DNA of 64,000 bases, taken from Spirochaetota bacterium (lineage in GTDB: Bacteria; Spirochaetota; UBA6919; CBDBPB01). The notes under the pieces are model-generated. The model made no database searches. It saw only the letters and a list, made by a program, of their open reading frames with translations, and was not told the origin of the DNA. Every line of letters starts with the position of its first letter. Within the stretch, counting starts at the first letter, position 1. The position numbers and the translations under genes are program-made. The stretch is taken from contig CBDBPB010000004.1 of the NCBI GenBank assembly GCA_965208615.1, positions 32,001 through 96,000 on the forward strand, in the 5' to 3' direction. Shown here one piece after another: positions 22,639 to 33,153 of this stretch.

Positions 22639-23122
22639 ATTGTTAACAAAAGTACTAATATTTTATATAAAAAAAGATTTTAATAAAAGTTAACTAGTTT
22701 AGGTTAAAAAGTATAGAGACCGCCTAATTCAATATAAGTTAATATAAAGTTCTTTAGCGTTTAATAAAAAAATACTATGTTTTGCCATCTTTATTTTTTT
22801 GCAATTTACTTTTTTATTATTTTTTTAATAAAAAGCTTTTTTTTTAGTTCTAAACTAATATAAATTTTAAGTACATTTTAACTAGTTTTAAATACTTAAA
22901 TTACCTAATGGTTTTTAATTAAAAATTATAATAATTTTGTATTTAATTCTTAATAAGGAGGTTTAATAAAATAACTGATTAACTTTATGCTTTATCTATT
23001 TAAAGTTTTTTAAATAAATTATACATGAAAAAAAAATAAAGTTAGCATATAATTTAAATATAAAAATAACCTATATTTTATTCGATAATATATTTGTTAA
23101 TAACATAATAATAAGGAAAAAG

Positions 23123-23764
23123 ATGAGAGCATTAACTATCTTTATAGTACTTACAATAATAACAGTTTTCTTTATATGGAAAAGTATTAATGGACATATA
23201 GAAGAAGGCTTTAACCGGAATAAAAAAGTTGATATTCTCCTTATTGACGAAAAAAGAAACATGAAAAATATGGATTATGTCATTGGAGATCAACAATTCC
23301 AAGTGAGGGTTAGGTTAGATGTTCCATCTTATGTATATATATTTAATCTTGATACATATAAAAGACTTTATGACATATTCCCAAAAACAAACATTGCAAA
23401 GCAAAATCCACTGCAAGAAGGCGAACATTATTTTCCCTCTCAAAATACTGTTTATCAATTTGCTTCTGGTAGAGGTATTGAGATATTCTATATCTTTATC
23501 TGTAAAAAGAGAATAATGGCATTAGAAAAGCTACGGGAACTTATTTTACCAAGGGGATATGATATTGATAAAAAAGATAAGAAGGCTTTAGACTTTATAT
23601 CTTTTTATGTTCCAGGGGGAAAAGGAAAAAGTAATTTTTATTATGACAAACTAATATTACTGTATAGTCCAAGAGAAAGAGGTTCTTTAAATAACGAGAT
23701 CTACAGAAAAGCTGAAAAAGAACTTAAAACTATTAAGATTTATAGATCTAGGCAAAAACTCTAA
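23123..23764 (+). CDS. DUF4384-like domain protein
   Basis: N-terminal TM; SYVYIFNLD...IFP...GIEIFYIF pattern. Confidence 0.6.
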   Translation: MRALTIFIVLTIITVFFIWKSINGHIEEGFNRNKKVDILLIDEKRNMKNMDYVIGDQQFQVRVRLDVPSYVYIFNLDTYKRLYDIFPKTNIAKQNPLQEGEHYFPSQNTVYQFASGRGIEIFYIFICKKRIMALEKLRELILPRGYDIDKKDKKALDFISFYVPGGKGKSNFYYDKLILLYSPRERGSLNNEIYRKAEKELKTIKIYRSRQKL

Positions 23765-23900
23765 TGCATTAGTTAACAAACTAATAACAGATGTCGAGGT
23801 AGAAGTAGGATATTTAACTATTAGAAGTTACAGTAATAAAAAAAACAAGGCTGTTTAATAAAACGAAAAGACATTTAATGTTTATTATTAGGATTTAGTA

Positions 23901-24998
23901 ATGAGGTTGTTAATTCCTTCAATATTAATTTTTTTTGTATTAGCTGTACCTCTTTTTTCAGAGACCCACAAATATAATTATAAGCTTAAGGTTATAGTGG
24001 CTCCTAATTATCGCCTTATTAGTTATTCAATAAGCAAGTATGAGTGGGATGAAAAAGAGAAATTTAAAGTTAAGGAGGATAAGTTTAGTGATAGTCAAAA
24101 GCGTTTAAAGTCATATAATTTTAAATATAAAGATAAAAGGCTAATACTAAAGACTGAGAATGATGGTATTGCTAAACCTATTAAGTTAACACAATACTAT
24201 TATAGGTTTGGGAAGCTTATAAAAAAAGTTGAAGAAGATAAAAAGCTAAATTCTATTTTAGCTATTAATGTTAACCAACACTATTATAAGGATAATATCT
24301 TGAACCACCAAGAAATTATCCCTATTAAAAATGGATTATTAACAAAAAAAACTCTATATACCTATTCACTTCATCAGACTAGAGTGGATCATACAAGAAA
24401 CACTAAAATAGGACTTAAGGAAAGTTTTTCACGAGATTACACTGAAATACACCATTATAAGACTAATGGCAAGCTAAATATAACAGTCAAGTTAGATGGT
24501 ATGGACTCCCCTATTAGTTATACAAAGTATTTTTATGATAATAAATATAGAATTAGCAAGGCAGAAGTTTACAAAGTATCTGAATGGCTTTCAACTTGGG
24601 ATCGTAAAAACTTTTCTTTTCCTCGTAATGTAAGATCCCTTATTAAGATTATTTATTATCATTATTCGGATAGCTATCCAGATATTTCAAAAAGAGTTGT
24701 TATGTCTTCCAAACATCCTAAATATTATATTTATCTTGATAAGTTAAAGCTAAAGCCTAAGAAAAAGATAAAGCCTGTAAAGCTAAAGCCTAAGAAAAAG
24801 ATAAAGCCTGTAAAGCTAAAGCCTAAGAAAAAGATAAAGCCTGTAAAGCTAAAGCCTAAGAAAAAGATAAAGCCTGTAAAGCTAAAGCCTAAGAAAGACA
24901 TAAAGCCTGTAAAGCTAAAGCCTAAGAAAGACATAAAGCCTATCCAAAAAAAAGACTACCGTATAGGAGACTATCAAAAAAGATGGTATGAATATTAG
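23901..24998 (+). CDS. Hypothetical exported basic protein with KLKPKKKIKPV repeats
   Basis: Signal peptide; Lys/Tyr-rich; six 11-aa repeats. Confidence 0.75.
   Translation: MRLLIPSILIFFVLAVPLFSETHKYNYKLKVIVAPNYRLISYSISKYEWDEKEKFKVKEDKFSDSQKRLKSYNFKYKDKRLILKTENDGIAKPIKLTQYYYRFGKLIKKVEEDKKLNSILAINVNQHYYKDNILNHQEIIPIKNGLLTKKTLYTYSLHQTRVDHTRNTKIGLKESFSRDYTEIHHYKTNGKLNITVKLDGMDSPISYTKYFYDNKYRISKAEVYKVSEWLSTWDRKNFSFPRNVRSLIKIIYYHYSDSYPDISKRVVMSSKHPKYYIYLDKLKLKPKKKIKPVKLKPKKKIKPVKLKPKKKIKPVKLKPKKKIKPVKLKPKKDIKPVKLKPKKDIKPIQKKDYRIGDYQKRWYEY
24745..24941 (+). repeat. 33-bp in-frame tandem repeat x6
   Basis: AAGCTAAAGCCTAAGAAAAAGATAAAGCCTGTA; last two units have GAC in place of AAG. Confidence 0.95.
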
Positions 24999-25221
24999 TT
25001 AACTATTTTTTTATAGTTAATTCTAAGGTTGTATTGTTACTAACTACTCTAATGCCTCTTTTAGATTATTAGCTTTAAAAAAGTTTTTATTATATCCGTT
25101 AGAACCTTTGCTAATACCTATCTTATCTCATAAAATGCTTTTTACGAAAATATTAAAATCTTTATCAACAAATACAAAAAATATTTAATTACCTAACCCA
25201 AATGACGACTTACTAATTATT

Positions 25222-25258
25222 ACTATCCCTTTTAACTAAATTCTATGAGGTCATAGTG
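25222..25258 (+). promoter_or_regulatory. Possible degenerate PyrR-binding RNA loop overlapping the pyrR RBS
   Basis: CCCUUUUAAC then AAUUCUAUGAGGUC versus consensus CUUUAA...ARUCCNGNGAGGYU; ACUAU/AUAGU closing stem. Confidence 0.4.
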
Positions 25259-25804
25259 AATACTAATAAAAAATTATATCCCAAAATCATAATGAATGAA
25301 GTAGATATTAAAAATACCATTATGAGAATGACATATCAAATCGTAGAAAAAGAAAAAAATCTTATGAATATGGCCTTCGTTGGTATAAAAACTAGAGGCG
25401 AATTTTTAGCTAGACGATTCGCTAATGAATTTGAAAAACTCGCTGGCTATAAAGCAAACTTAGGTATACTAGATATTACCCTGTATAGAGACGACTTTAA
25501 CTCTCTAGATAACCTTTCCATCGGAGAAACCCACCTTATTTTCGATATAAATGCTAAAAGAATAATCCTAGTGGATGATGTTATATATACAGGAAGGACT
25601 ATTCGCTCTGCCATAGACCAACTCGTTGACTTTGGTAGACCTGCCGAAATAGAACTAGCTATCTTGGTGGATAGAAAAGGTAGAGAACTGCCTATTTCTG
25701 CAAACTATATTGGAAAAAGTATATCAACCAAAGAAAATGAGCATATTATGGTAAAGTTCTCCGAACTCGATAATATAGATCAAGTTGTTATAATAAAAAA
25801 ATAA
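25256..25804 (+). CDS. pyrR: Pyrimidine regulator / UPRTase PyrR
   Basis: GIKTRG, LDITLYRDD, LVDDVIYTGRT, RELPI. Confidence 0.95.
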   Translation: MNTNKKLYPKIIMNEVDIKNTIMRMTYQIVEKEKNLMNMAFVGIKTRGEFLARRFANEFEKLAGYKANLGILDITLYRDDFNSLDNLSIGETHLIFDINAKRIILVDDVIYTGRTIRSAIDQLVDFGRPAEIELAILVDRKGRELPISANYIGKSISTKENEHIMVKFSELDNIDQVVIIKK

Positions 25805-25821
25805 TCTTAAGGATAAGTATA

Positions 25822-26766
25822 TTGAGACTGGATAATAAAAATCTCTTAGGGCTAGAAAGCCTAAGCAAAAACGATATAGAATTAATTTTATCCACCGCTA
25901 TACCCATGAAAAAGATTTTCACCCGTTCTGTAAAAAAAGTCCCTGCGTTAAGAGGAAAAGCTATATTAAACTTATTTTATGAACCGTCTACCAGAACAAG
26001 AACCTCATTCGAAATCGCCGCAAAAAGCCTTAGTGCTGATGTAATAAATATCTCCACATCAACTAGTAGTATCCTAAAAGGAGAAAGCCTAGTAGATACT
26101 ACTAAAACTATTGAGGCTCTAAATGTTGATGCAATAGTACTTAGACATAATGCATCCGGTGCTCCGCAGTTTTTAGCCCGTAGAACCTCATTACCCATAA
26201 TAAACGGAGGCGATGGTATCCATGAACACCCTACACAAGCTCTCTTAGACCTATTTACAATAAAAGAAAGAAAAAAAAATATAAAGGGATTAAAAGTAGC
26301 TATAGTAGGTGATATCCTTCATAGCAGGGTGTCTAGATCCAATATAATCGGAATTACTAAACTGGGCGGAGAAGTTAGAGTAATAGGTCCTCCAACACTA
26401 ATTCCTAAAAATATAGAAAAACTGGGGTGCAAGGTATACTACACTTTAGAAGAAGGATTAAAGGATGTTGATGTCATTTATTGTCTTAGAATACAGCTTG
26501 AACGTCAAGCTAAAAACCTCTTTCCTTCTCTAGAAGAATATATTAAACTTTTCTCTATTAATGAAAAGAGGCTTGCCTTAGCTAAAAATGATGTACTAGT
26601 CATGCATCCAGGCCCCATGAATAGAGGTGTTGAACTATCCGCTAAAGTGGCTTATAGTGATTTATCCACTATTAAGGATCAGGTTACTAATGGAATTGCT
26701 ATTAGGATGGCTGTTTTCTACTTGATCTTGGGAGGAGGTGATAATGTTAAAGAAATTACTGATTAA
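25822..26766 (+). CDS. pyrB: Aspartate carbamoyltransferase
   Basis: FYEPSTRT, HPTQALLD, RIQLER, MHPGP. Confidence 0.97.
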   Translation: MRLDNKNLLGLESLSKNDIELILSTAIPMKKIFTRSVKKVPALRGKAILNLFYEPSTRTRTSFEIAAKSLSADVINISTSTSSILKGESLVDTTKTIEALNVDAIVLRHNASGAPQFLARRTSLPIINGGDGIHEHPTQALLDLFTIKERKKNIKGLKVAIVGDILHSRVSRSNIIGITKLGGEVRVIGPPTLIPKNIEKLGCKVYYTLEEGLKDVDVIYCLRIQLERQAKNLFPSLEEYIKLFSINEKRLALAKNDVLVMHPGPMNRGVELSAKVAYSDLSTIKDQVTNGIAIRMAVFYLILGGGDNVKEITD

Positions 26767-28060
26767 AAACGGATTAGTAGTTTGTCCAGAACAAGGTATA
26801 GTAGAAAAATTAGACGTATTAATAAAAAACTCCAAAATTATTGAACTTAAAAAAAATATTACTAATAGTGATGCCAATATTATTAATGCAAAAGGGAAAA
26901 TAGTAATACCAGGTTTAGTCGATATTCACTCTCACCTGAGAGAACCTGGTCGTGAAGATGTGGCTACAATTAAAACAGAAGTAGAAAGTGCTTCTGCTGG
27001 TGGATATACCTCTATAGCGTGTATGCCTAATACAAATCCCCCTATCGACGATAAAAGAGGTGTTATTTATGTTAATGCCAAAGGTAAAGAAGCTGGACTA
27101 ACTAATGTTTATTCTATTGCCTCTGCTACCAAAGGATTAGAGGGTAATAACCTTACTAATATTTCCATGCTTGTGGAGGCTGGAGCTGTTGCTATATCAG
27201 ATGCCGAAAATACTATTATAAACTCATCCGTTATGAAGTGTGCATTAGAATATATCCGTATGTTTAATATACCAATTATAAGCCATTGTGAAGATAACAG
27301 CTTATCCGAAAATGGATGCATAAATGAAAGCTATGTTTCTACTTCCCTCGGACTTAAAGGTATTCCTTATGTCGCTGAAGAAATTATGGTAGCTAGGGAT
27401 ATTGCTCTTACAAAATATACTAACTCTATATTACATATAGCACATATTACTACTGCTTCATCAGTTAGGCTTATAAGAAAGGCAAAAAAAGATGGTATTA
27501 GGGTTAGCTGTGAGGTTAGCCCTCACCATTTTACGTTAACCGAAAACGATATTATTAACTCCTCATATAATAGTAACTTTAAAGTAACTCCTCCGCTAAG
27601 AACAGAAAAAGATAAAGATGCCGTTATAGACGGACTTATAGACGGTACTATTGACTGTATTGCAACTGATCACAGTCCTTGGCTAGATAACGAAAAAGAT
27701 ATGGAGTTTATTGAGGCTCCATCGGGTATTGTTGGCTTTGAGACTGCCTTACCTTTAGTATTCACTAACCTTATTAATACTAAAAAACTTTCTTTACTCG
27801 ATGCTATTTCAAAAATCACCTTAAACCCTGCTAAAATAATTAACTTAAATAAAGGAACCCTCTCTATAGGCAGTACTGCAGATATTACCATTATAGATCC
27901 AGAATTAGAAATTACTATCGATCTTGACTTCTTTCACTCAACAAGTAAAAACTCTCCATTTATCGGAAAAACTTTAAAGGGTTATGCAATATATACAATT
28001 ATAGAAGGAAATATTATTTATGACAGAACTAAAAATATGTTTTTTCCTAAAAAAAAATAA
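26744..28060 (+). CDS. pyrC: Dihydroorotase
   Basis: DIHSHLREPG, MPNT, PPLR, ATDHSP; GGAGG RBS favours ATG 26744. Confidence 0.95.
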   Translation: MLKKLLIKNGLVVCPEQGIVEKLDVLIKNSKIIELKKNITNSDANIINAKGKIVIPGLVDIHSHLREPGREDVATIKTEVESASAGGYTSIACMPNTNPPIDDKRGVIYVNAKGKEAGLTNVYSIASATKGLEGNNLTNISMLVEAGAVAISDAENTIINSSVMKCALEYIRMFNIPIISHCEDNSLSENGCINESYVSTSLGLKGIPYVAEEIMVARDIALTKYTNSILHIAHITTASSVRLIRKAKKDGIRVSCEVSPHHFTLTENDIINSSYNSNFKVTPPLRTEKDKDAVIDGLIDGTIDCIATDHSPWLDNEKDMEFIEAPSGIVGFETALPLVFTNLINTKKLSLLDAISKITLNPAKIINLNKGTLSIGSTADITIIDPELEITIDLDFFHSTSKNSPFIGKTLKGYAIYTIIEGNIIYDRTKNMFFPKKK

Positions 28061-28142
28061 AGTTGTATTTCTTTAAAAAAACTTGTTTTTATTATTAATA
28101 GAGTTAAATTTTAGTTTAGTTATTAAATTAGGAGGATTTGTT

Positions 28143-28787
28143 ATGAAAAAATGTTTATTCGTTATTACATTATTGATAATTATGTCTTTTACACTAACTC
28201 TTTTCGGAAGAAGTAATGGAAAAATATCCGTACTATTAGGTAAAGTATATATAATGGAATATAGAAAAGCATATAAAAAGTCTTTGTTAACCGCTAACAA
28301 AACTATTTCTCCAAAAGATATTATACTTACCACCTCTAATGGAATTGTAATAGTTCGTTTTCCGGATAAATCTAGTATTATAGTTCGTCCTAATTCCAGA
28401 GTACAATTTTCTTTTATGTCCACTAGATCACAAATGATAAATCTAGGGAATGGCGGAGTTATGGCAAGAGTAAATAGGTTGAGATACAAAAAAGGTTTTA
28501 ATGTAAATACCCCAAACAGCTTGGCTGGAGTTAGGGGAACACAGTTTATCGTCGAATATAATGAAAATTCTAAAGAATATAACGTTGATGTTTATAGCGG
28601 ACGCGTTAATTATAAACCAAAATCTAAAAAAAATCGTGTTACACTTAACCTAGATAAAGGAAATGCCCTTCACTATGATAATAAAAAGCTATCATCTGTC
28701 AGAATCTCTAATAAAGAGACTCTAAAAAAGTACGAAGAGTTTATGAAAAAGCTATCAAGTAATATAAGCGGCTGGGAATTTAATTAA
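28143..28787 (+). CDS. FecR-domain exported protein
   Basis: AGGAGG RBS; signal peptide; TPNSLAGVRGTQF. Confidence 0.85.
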   Translation: MKKCLFVITLLIIMSFTLTLFGRSNGKISVLLGKVYIMEYRKAYKKSLLTANKTISPKDIILTTSNGIVIVRFPDKSSIIVRPNSRVQFSFMSTRSQMINLGNGGVMARVNRLRYKKGFNVNTPNSLAGVRGTQFIVEYNENSKEYNVDVYSGRVNYKPKSKKNRVTLNLDKGNALHYDNKKLSSVRISNKETLKKYEEFMKKLSSNISGWEFN

Positions 28788-28802
28788 CTATATAAATAAG
28801 GC

Positions 28803-29723
28803 TTAGTGATTTCTACTCCTTAAAAGTACTTTTATTACAGAATAAAAGTACCTGTTTGTTGGAACAGCTATATTAAGCTTTTCAGCTCTATTTATAATAT
28901 CACCCAATATACCGTCTACTTCAAGGGGTTTATTTGCCATATAGTCTTGCAACATAGACGTCTTAAAAGAGTAGAGGTTTTTAGGTAAGTTAATTTGCTT
29001 ATCTATGAAGTCTTTATTAAAGTCAAATCCGTATTTATTAGCTATACTCACCGTCTCAGTCATGGATGACCTTAAAAGCTCTATACCATATTCACTTGAT
29101 AGTATATCCCCCAAATTTAGCTGAGTTATTGTAGACAAAGGATTATAAGCCGCATTCCAAACCAACTTGCCCCACTTAACCCTCATAATATTCTCCGATA
29201 AATGAACGTCTATTTGTGATGACCTTAAAATATTATTAACCTTGTTTAGAAAGTCCTTTGAACCACTTTTATTAAAAGCTCCAAAGTTAAACCTTCCACC
29301 ACCTGTATGCTTAACTATATTAGCCTTTTGTTTTACTAACCCTACAAAAGCACTCACCGGATATAAACTCCTAGAAGTTATCCTATTCAAAATAATGTCT
29401 TCACTCAATACTCCATTTTGCATAGTCATAAAACAAGCAGAATTATATAAAGACTGAGGCAAACTATCTAATAAGCTAAGTACATCATAGTTTTTTGTAG
29501 CTATCATTACCAAATCAAATTTAGCATTAAGATCTATTTTATCAATTATATTTACGGATATATTAAATGACTCCTCTATATCACTATCTATTTTTATTCC
29601 TTTACTTTTAATTATATTATAAGTCTCACCCTTACTCAAAAACGTTATATCATTACCACTACGAGCAATCTTAGCACCAAAAAAACATCCTATTGCACCT
29701 GTTCCTATTAGTAATATTTTCAT
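28803..29723 (-). CDS. panE: 2-dehydropantoate 2-reductase
   Basis: GTGAIG, QNGV, WGKLVWN, TSMLQD, LEVD. Confidence 0.92.
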   Translation of the reverse strand: MKILLIGTGAIGCFFGAKIARSGNDITFLSKGETYNIIKSKGIKIDSDIEESFNISVNIIDKIDLNAKFDLVMIATKNYDVLSLLDSLPQSLYNSACFMTMQNGVLSEDIILNRITSRSLYPVSAFVGLVKQKANIVKHTGGGRFNFGAFNKSGSKDFLNKVNNILRSSQIDVHLSENIMRVKWGKLVWNAAYNPLSTITQLNLGDILSSEYGIELLRSSMTETVSIANKYGFDFNKDFIDKQINLPKNLYSFKTSMLQDYMANKPLEVDGILGDIINRAEKLNIAVPTNRYFYSVIKVLLRSRNH

Positions 29724-30226
29724 TTTATTTCCCTAATCAAAGTATTAGCCATTACCCCTATTCCCTCTATCCTGCCAATAAAGCCTAAGCCCTCTGTAGT
29801 AGTAGCTTTAACACTAATAGAATTAAAAGGAATATTTAAATTATGGGATATATTATACCTCATATCATTAATATAGGGCAATAACTTAGGCTTTTCGCAT
29901 ATAATTGTACTATCTATATTTACTATATCATATTTTAAACCTTTAACTTTATCATAAACCTGACTAAGTAGACTAAGACTATCCATACCCTTATATCTAA
30001 TATCAGAATCCGGAAAGAATTTACCTATATCACCAAGAGCAAGACATCCCAAAAGACTATCCGCTATTGCATGACAAAGTACATCAGCATCAGAATGACC
30101 ATCCAAACCAAAACTATATGGTATTTCCACTCCACCTAGTATAAGCTTTCTGTTTAGCACAAAGGGGTGAACGTCAAATCCGTTACCTATGCGTATTATA
30201 CCCGTATAAGTATTACTTTTTAACAT
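29720..30226 (-). CDS. ispF: MEcPP synthase
   Basis: RIGNGFDVH, HSDADV, GDIG, KATTTE. Confidence 0.96.
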   Translation of the reverse strand: MLKSNTYTGIIRIGNGFDVHPFVLNRKLILGGVEIPYSFGLDGHSDADVLCHAIADSLLGCLALGDIGKFFPDSDIRYKGMDSLSLLSQVYDKVKGLKYDIVNIDSTIICEKPKLLPYINDMRYNISHNLNIPFNSISVKATTTEGLGFIGRIEGIGVMANTLIREIK

Positions 30227-30478
30227 AATTTATAGTCATCAAGTATTAAAGTTGCTTAACGCATTATTTCTTACTTTTGAACAATGGTATAAAGTAAAAT
30301 TAACATATTAAAATAAAAATACTATTGGTTATCCAGAAAAAAATTACTATTTTCCTAATATAGCCAATTAAAAATAATTCTTTTGGATAACTTAATTAGC
30401 TATAATAATATAAGATGAAGGAATTAAAATTGCTTAAAGCATTTATTATAAAACTAGCTGTTATTGGCATACAAAGTT

Positions 30479-32920
30479 ATGAATAAGAAATATATCTCTA
30501 TTCATTGTCATTTTTATCAACCTCCTAGGGTTAATCCATGGCTTGATCACATTGAGGTTCAAGATTTAGCCTCCCCCTTCCATGATTGGAATGAAAGAAT
30601 AAATACTGAGTGCTATGGACCAAATAGTGCCTCTAGAATTATAAATCCTGATAAAAAAATTGTGGATATAATTAATAATTATAGCATGATAAGCTTTAAT
30701 TTTGGCCCTACTCTTTTATCGTGGTTAGAAAAATATGATAAAATAACCTATAACAATATACTAGAGGCTGATAGGGTTAGCGTTGAAAAACACTCCGGAC
30801 ACGGTAATGCTATTGCACAAGCCTATAATCATATAATACTGCCCCTTGCTGAATATAATGATAAGGTTACACAGGTATTATGGGGTATAGAAGACTTCAA
30901 ATACAGATTCAAACGTGAACCAGAAGGAATGTGGCTACCCGAAACCGCCGCTAACTCCGAAACCTTAGAAGTTCTTGCACAACATAATATAAAGTTTACG
31001 ATTCTATCCCCTTTTCAGGCAAAGAAAGTTAGGAATATAGAGGGGGATGAAAACTGGTATGATATACATAATGGTCAAATTGACCCCTCGCAAGGGTATA
31101 TCTATAAACTGAAAAATGGACGTACTATTACTTTATTTTTTTATGATGCTCCAATATCACAAGCAGTAGCTTTTGAGGGCTTATTATCTGACGGCTTAAA
31201 GTTTGCAAATAGACTGTTATCTGGCTATTCCAGTGAAAGACAAAAAGATCAGCTACTCAATATAGCAACAGACGGTGAGACTTATGGACATCACTTTAAG
31301 TTTGGAGAAATGGCTCTAACTTATGCGGTTAGAGACTTGGTTAATAATCATAATGTACTCCTTACAAACTATGGAGAGTTTTTATCCCTTAATCCCCCAG
31401 AACATGAGGTTATTATACACGAAAATACCTCATGGAGCTGTTTTCATGGTGTTGGCAGGTGGAATAGTAATTGTGGTTGTAAAGTTGGTAATAACCCCGG
31501 CTGGGATCAACATTGGAGAAAGTATTTAAGAATTAGCCTTAATAAGCTTAATGACCAACTAAACAACATCTTCGAAAAAGAAGCATCTAAATACCTTAAA
31601 GAACCATGGATAGCAAGAAATAGTTATATCTCTTGTATATTAGATAAAAAAACCATTGATCAGTTTTTTAATGATAATCAAAAAAATGAATTATCAAAAA
31701 GTAATAAAGTAGACCTTTTAAGACTAATGGAACTACAACATCAGGCAATGCTCATGTTTACCAGCTGTGGATGGTTCTTTGATGATATCTCTGGTATTGA
31801 GACAATTCAGATCCTAAGGCATGCGGCTAGAGCAATACAACTTGCCAGTCAGGTGGGGTATACCATAGAAAAAGACTTTATTAAAAGTCTTACCCTTGCA
31901 AAAAGTAATATTGCTAAAGAAAAAAATGCAAAAAAAATATATTATAACTTTGTAATCCCTTATAAAGTAGACCTTAAAAGGGTTATATCTCACTATGCCA
32001 TAACTTCCCTTTATCTAAATAATAGCCACTATGATAGTAAAAAAAAGGTAATATACTCCTATACCATAGAACAAGAAGACTTTGAAAGATATAATAGATA
32101 TGAAACTTCAGTAATTGCCATAGGTAGAGTAAAAGCTATATCCAATATTACCCTAGAGTCCGAAGAGGCTGTCTTTGTTGCCTTATATTTGGGAGAACAT
32201 GACTTTCAATGTAAAATTAATGGAATGGTTTCTGATTATCCTCAAATAAAAAAAGATATTCTAGATACCTTTATGAAAGATAATATAGCACAGGTAATTC
32301 GTAAAATAGATCATTATTTCCCTAAAGAGTTTTACTCCTTAAAAGACTTATTCCTAGAAGAACGTAGAAAAATCTTAATTGGTATATCAGAACAAATATT
32401 TCTTAAATTTCAAACTGGATATCTTAAACTATATAAAAAAAATAGACGTCTTATGGACTATCATATAAAAATAGACGTTCCCATTAATGAGGAGTTTAAA
32501 AAAGCCGCTCAATTTGTGCTATCCAATAGACTAAAGAATAAAATAATAGAAGAAAGCAAATCAATAGGAGCTATTAACTATTCTGATGGTATATCTAAGG
32601 TATTTAATGAAAGTCAAAAATGGGGTATAAAGCTTAACTTATTAACAACTACTAAAATAGTTAACAAAATAATTAATTCTAAGATAGCCCTATTAAAAAA
32701 ACGTATAACTAGTTCAAATCTAAAGGATATTATAAGGTTTTTGTCTATTAGTAAAGATATTGGCCTACCCATTAATATCTGGAACTTTCAAAATAGCTAT
32801 TTTGATATTTATAAAAATCCGCCCCTGCTATTGGATGAAGAAAAAGATAATACATTTAAACTTTTAAATGAGTTAGAGCTTATGTTAAACTTCCAATTAA
32901 GTAATAGTTTGGATAGCTAA
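30479..32920 (+). CDS. GH57-family glycoside hydrolase with DUF3536
   Basis: HFYQPPR, GMWLPET, ATDGETYGHH, SWSCFHGVGRW, MFTSCGWFFD. Confidence 0.9.
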   Translation: MNKKYISIHCHFYQPPRVNPWLDHIEVQDLASPFHDWNERINTECYGPNSASRIINPDKKIVDIINNYSMISFNFGPTLLSWLEKYDKITYNNILEADRVSVEKHSGHGNAIAQAYNHIILPLAEYNDKVTQVLWGIEDFKYRFKREPEGMWLPETAANSETLEVLAQHNIKFTILSPFQAKKVRNIEGDENWYDIHNGQIDPSQGYIYKLKNGRTITLFFYDAPISQAVAFEGLLSDGLKFANRLLSGYSSERQKDQLLNIATDGETYGHHFKFGEMALTYAVRDLVNNHNVLLTNYGEFLSLNPPEHEVIIHENTSWSCFHGVGRWNSNCGCKVGNNPGWDQHWRKYLRISLNKLNDQLNNIFEKEASKYLKEPWIARNSYISCILDKKTIDQFFNDNQKNELSKSNKVDLLRLMELQHQAMLMFTSCGWFFDDISGIETIQILRHAARAIQLASQVGYTIEKDFIKSLTLAKSNIAKEKNAKKIYYNFVIPYKVDLKRVISHYAITSLYLNNSHYDSKKKVIYSYTIEQEDFERYNRYETSVIAIGRVKAISNITLESEEAVFVALYLGEHDFQCKINGMVSDYPQIKKDILDTFMKDNIAQVIRKIDHYFPKEFYSLKDLFLEERRKILIGISEQIFLKFQTGYLKLYKKNRRLMDYHIKIDVPINEEFKKAAQFVLSNRLKNKIIEESKSIGAINYSDGISKVFNESQKWGIKLNLLTTTKIVNKIINSKIALLKKRITSSNLKDIIRFLSISKDIGLPINIWNFQNSYFDIYKNPPLLLDEEKDNTFKLLNELELMLNFQLSNSLDS

Positions 32921-33153
32921 GTCATACCTAAGCGATTTTAATATAATTTTTCTATTGGTTTAAAAAGGTATTTTAATAATTTATGATTTTTTTTTGTTAT
33001 ATTTTTATTATTCTTGTGTTTATTAATTAATACCTTATACCTTAATTATTCGTTAATAACCCTTCTAAATAATTTAGTGAGAAACACTGTTATACAGATT
33101 TCTAATTATATATTTAGTAATTTATATTAAATAAATCCTAGGAGAGAAATACA

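Noticed and set aside
24731-24934. Hydrophobic repeat ORF on the - strand
   Set aside because: Antisense shadow of the Lys-rich 33-bp repeat.
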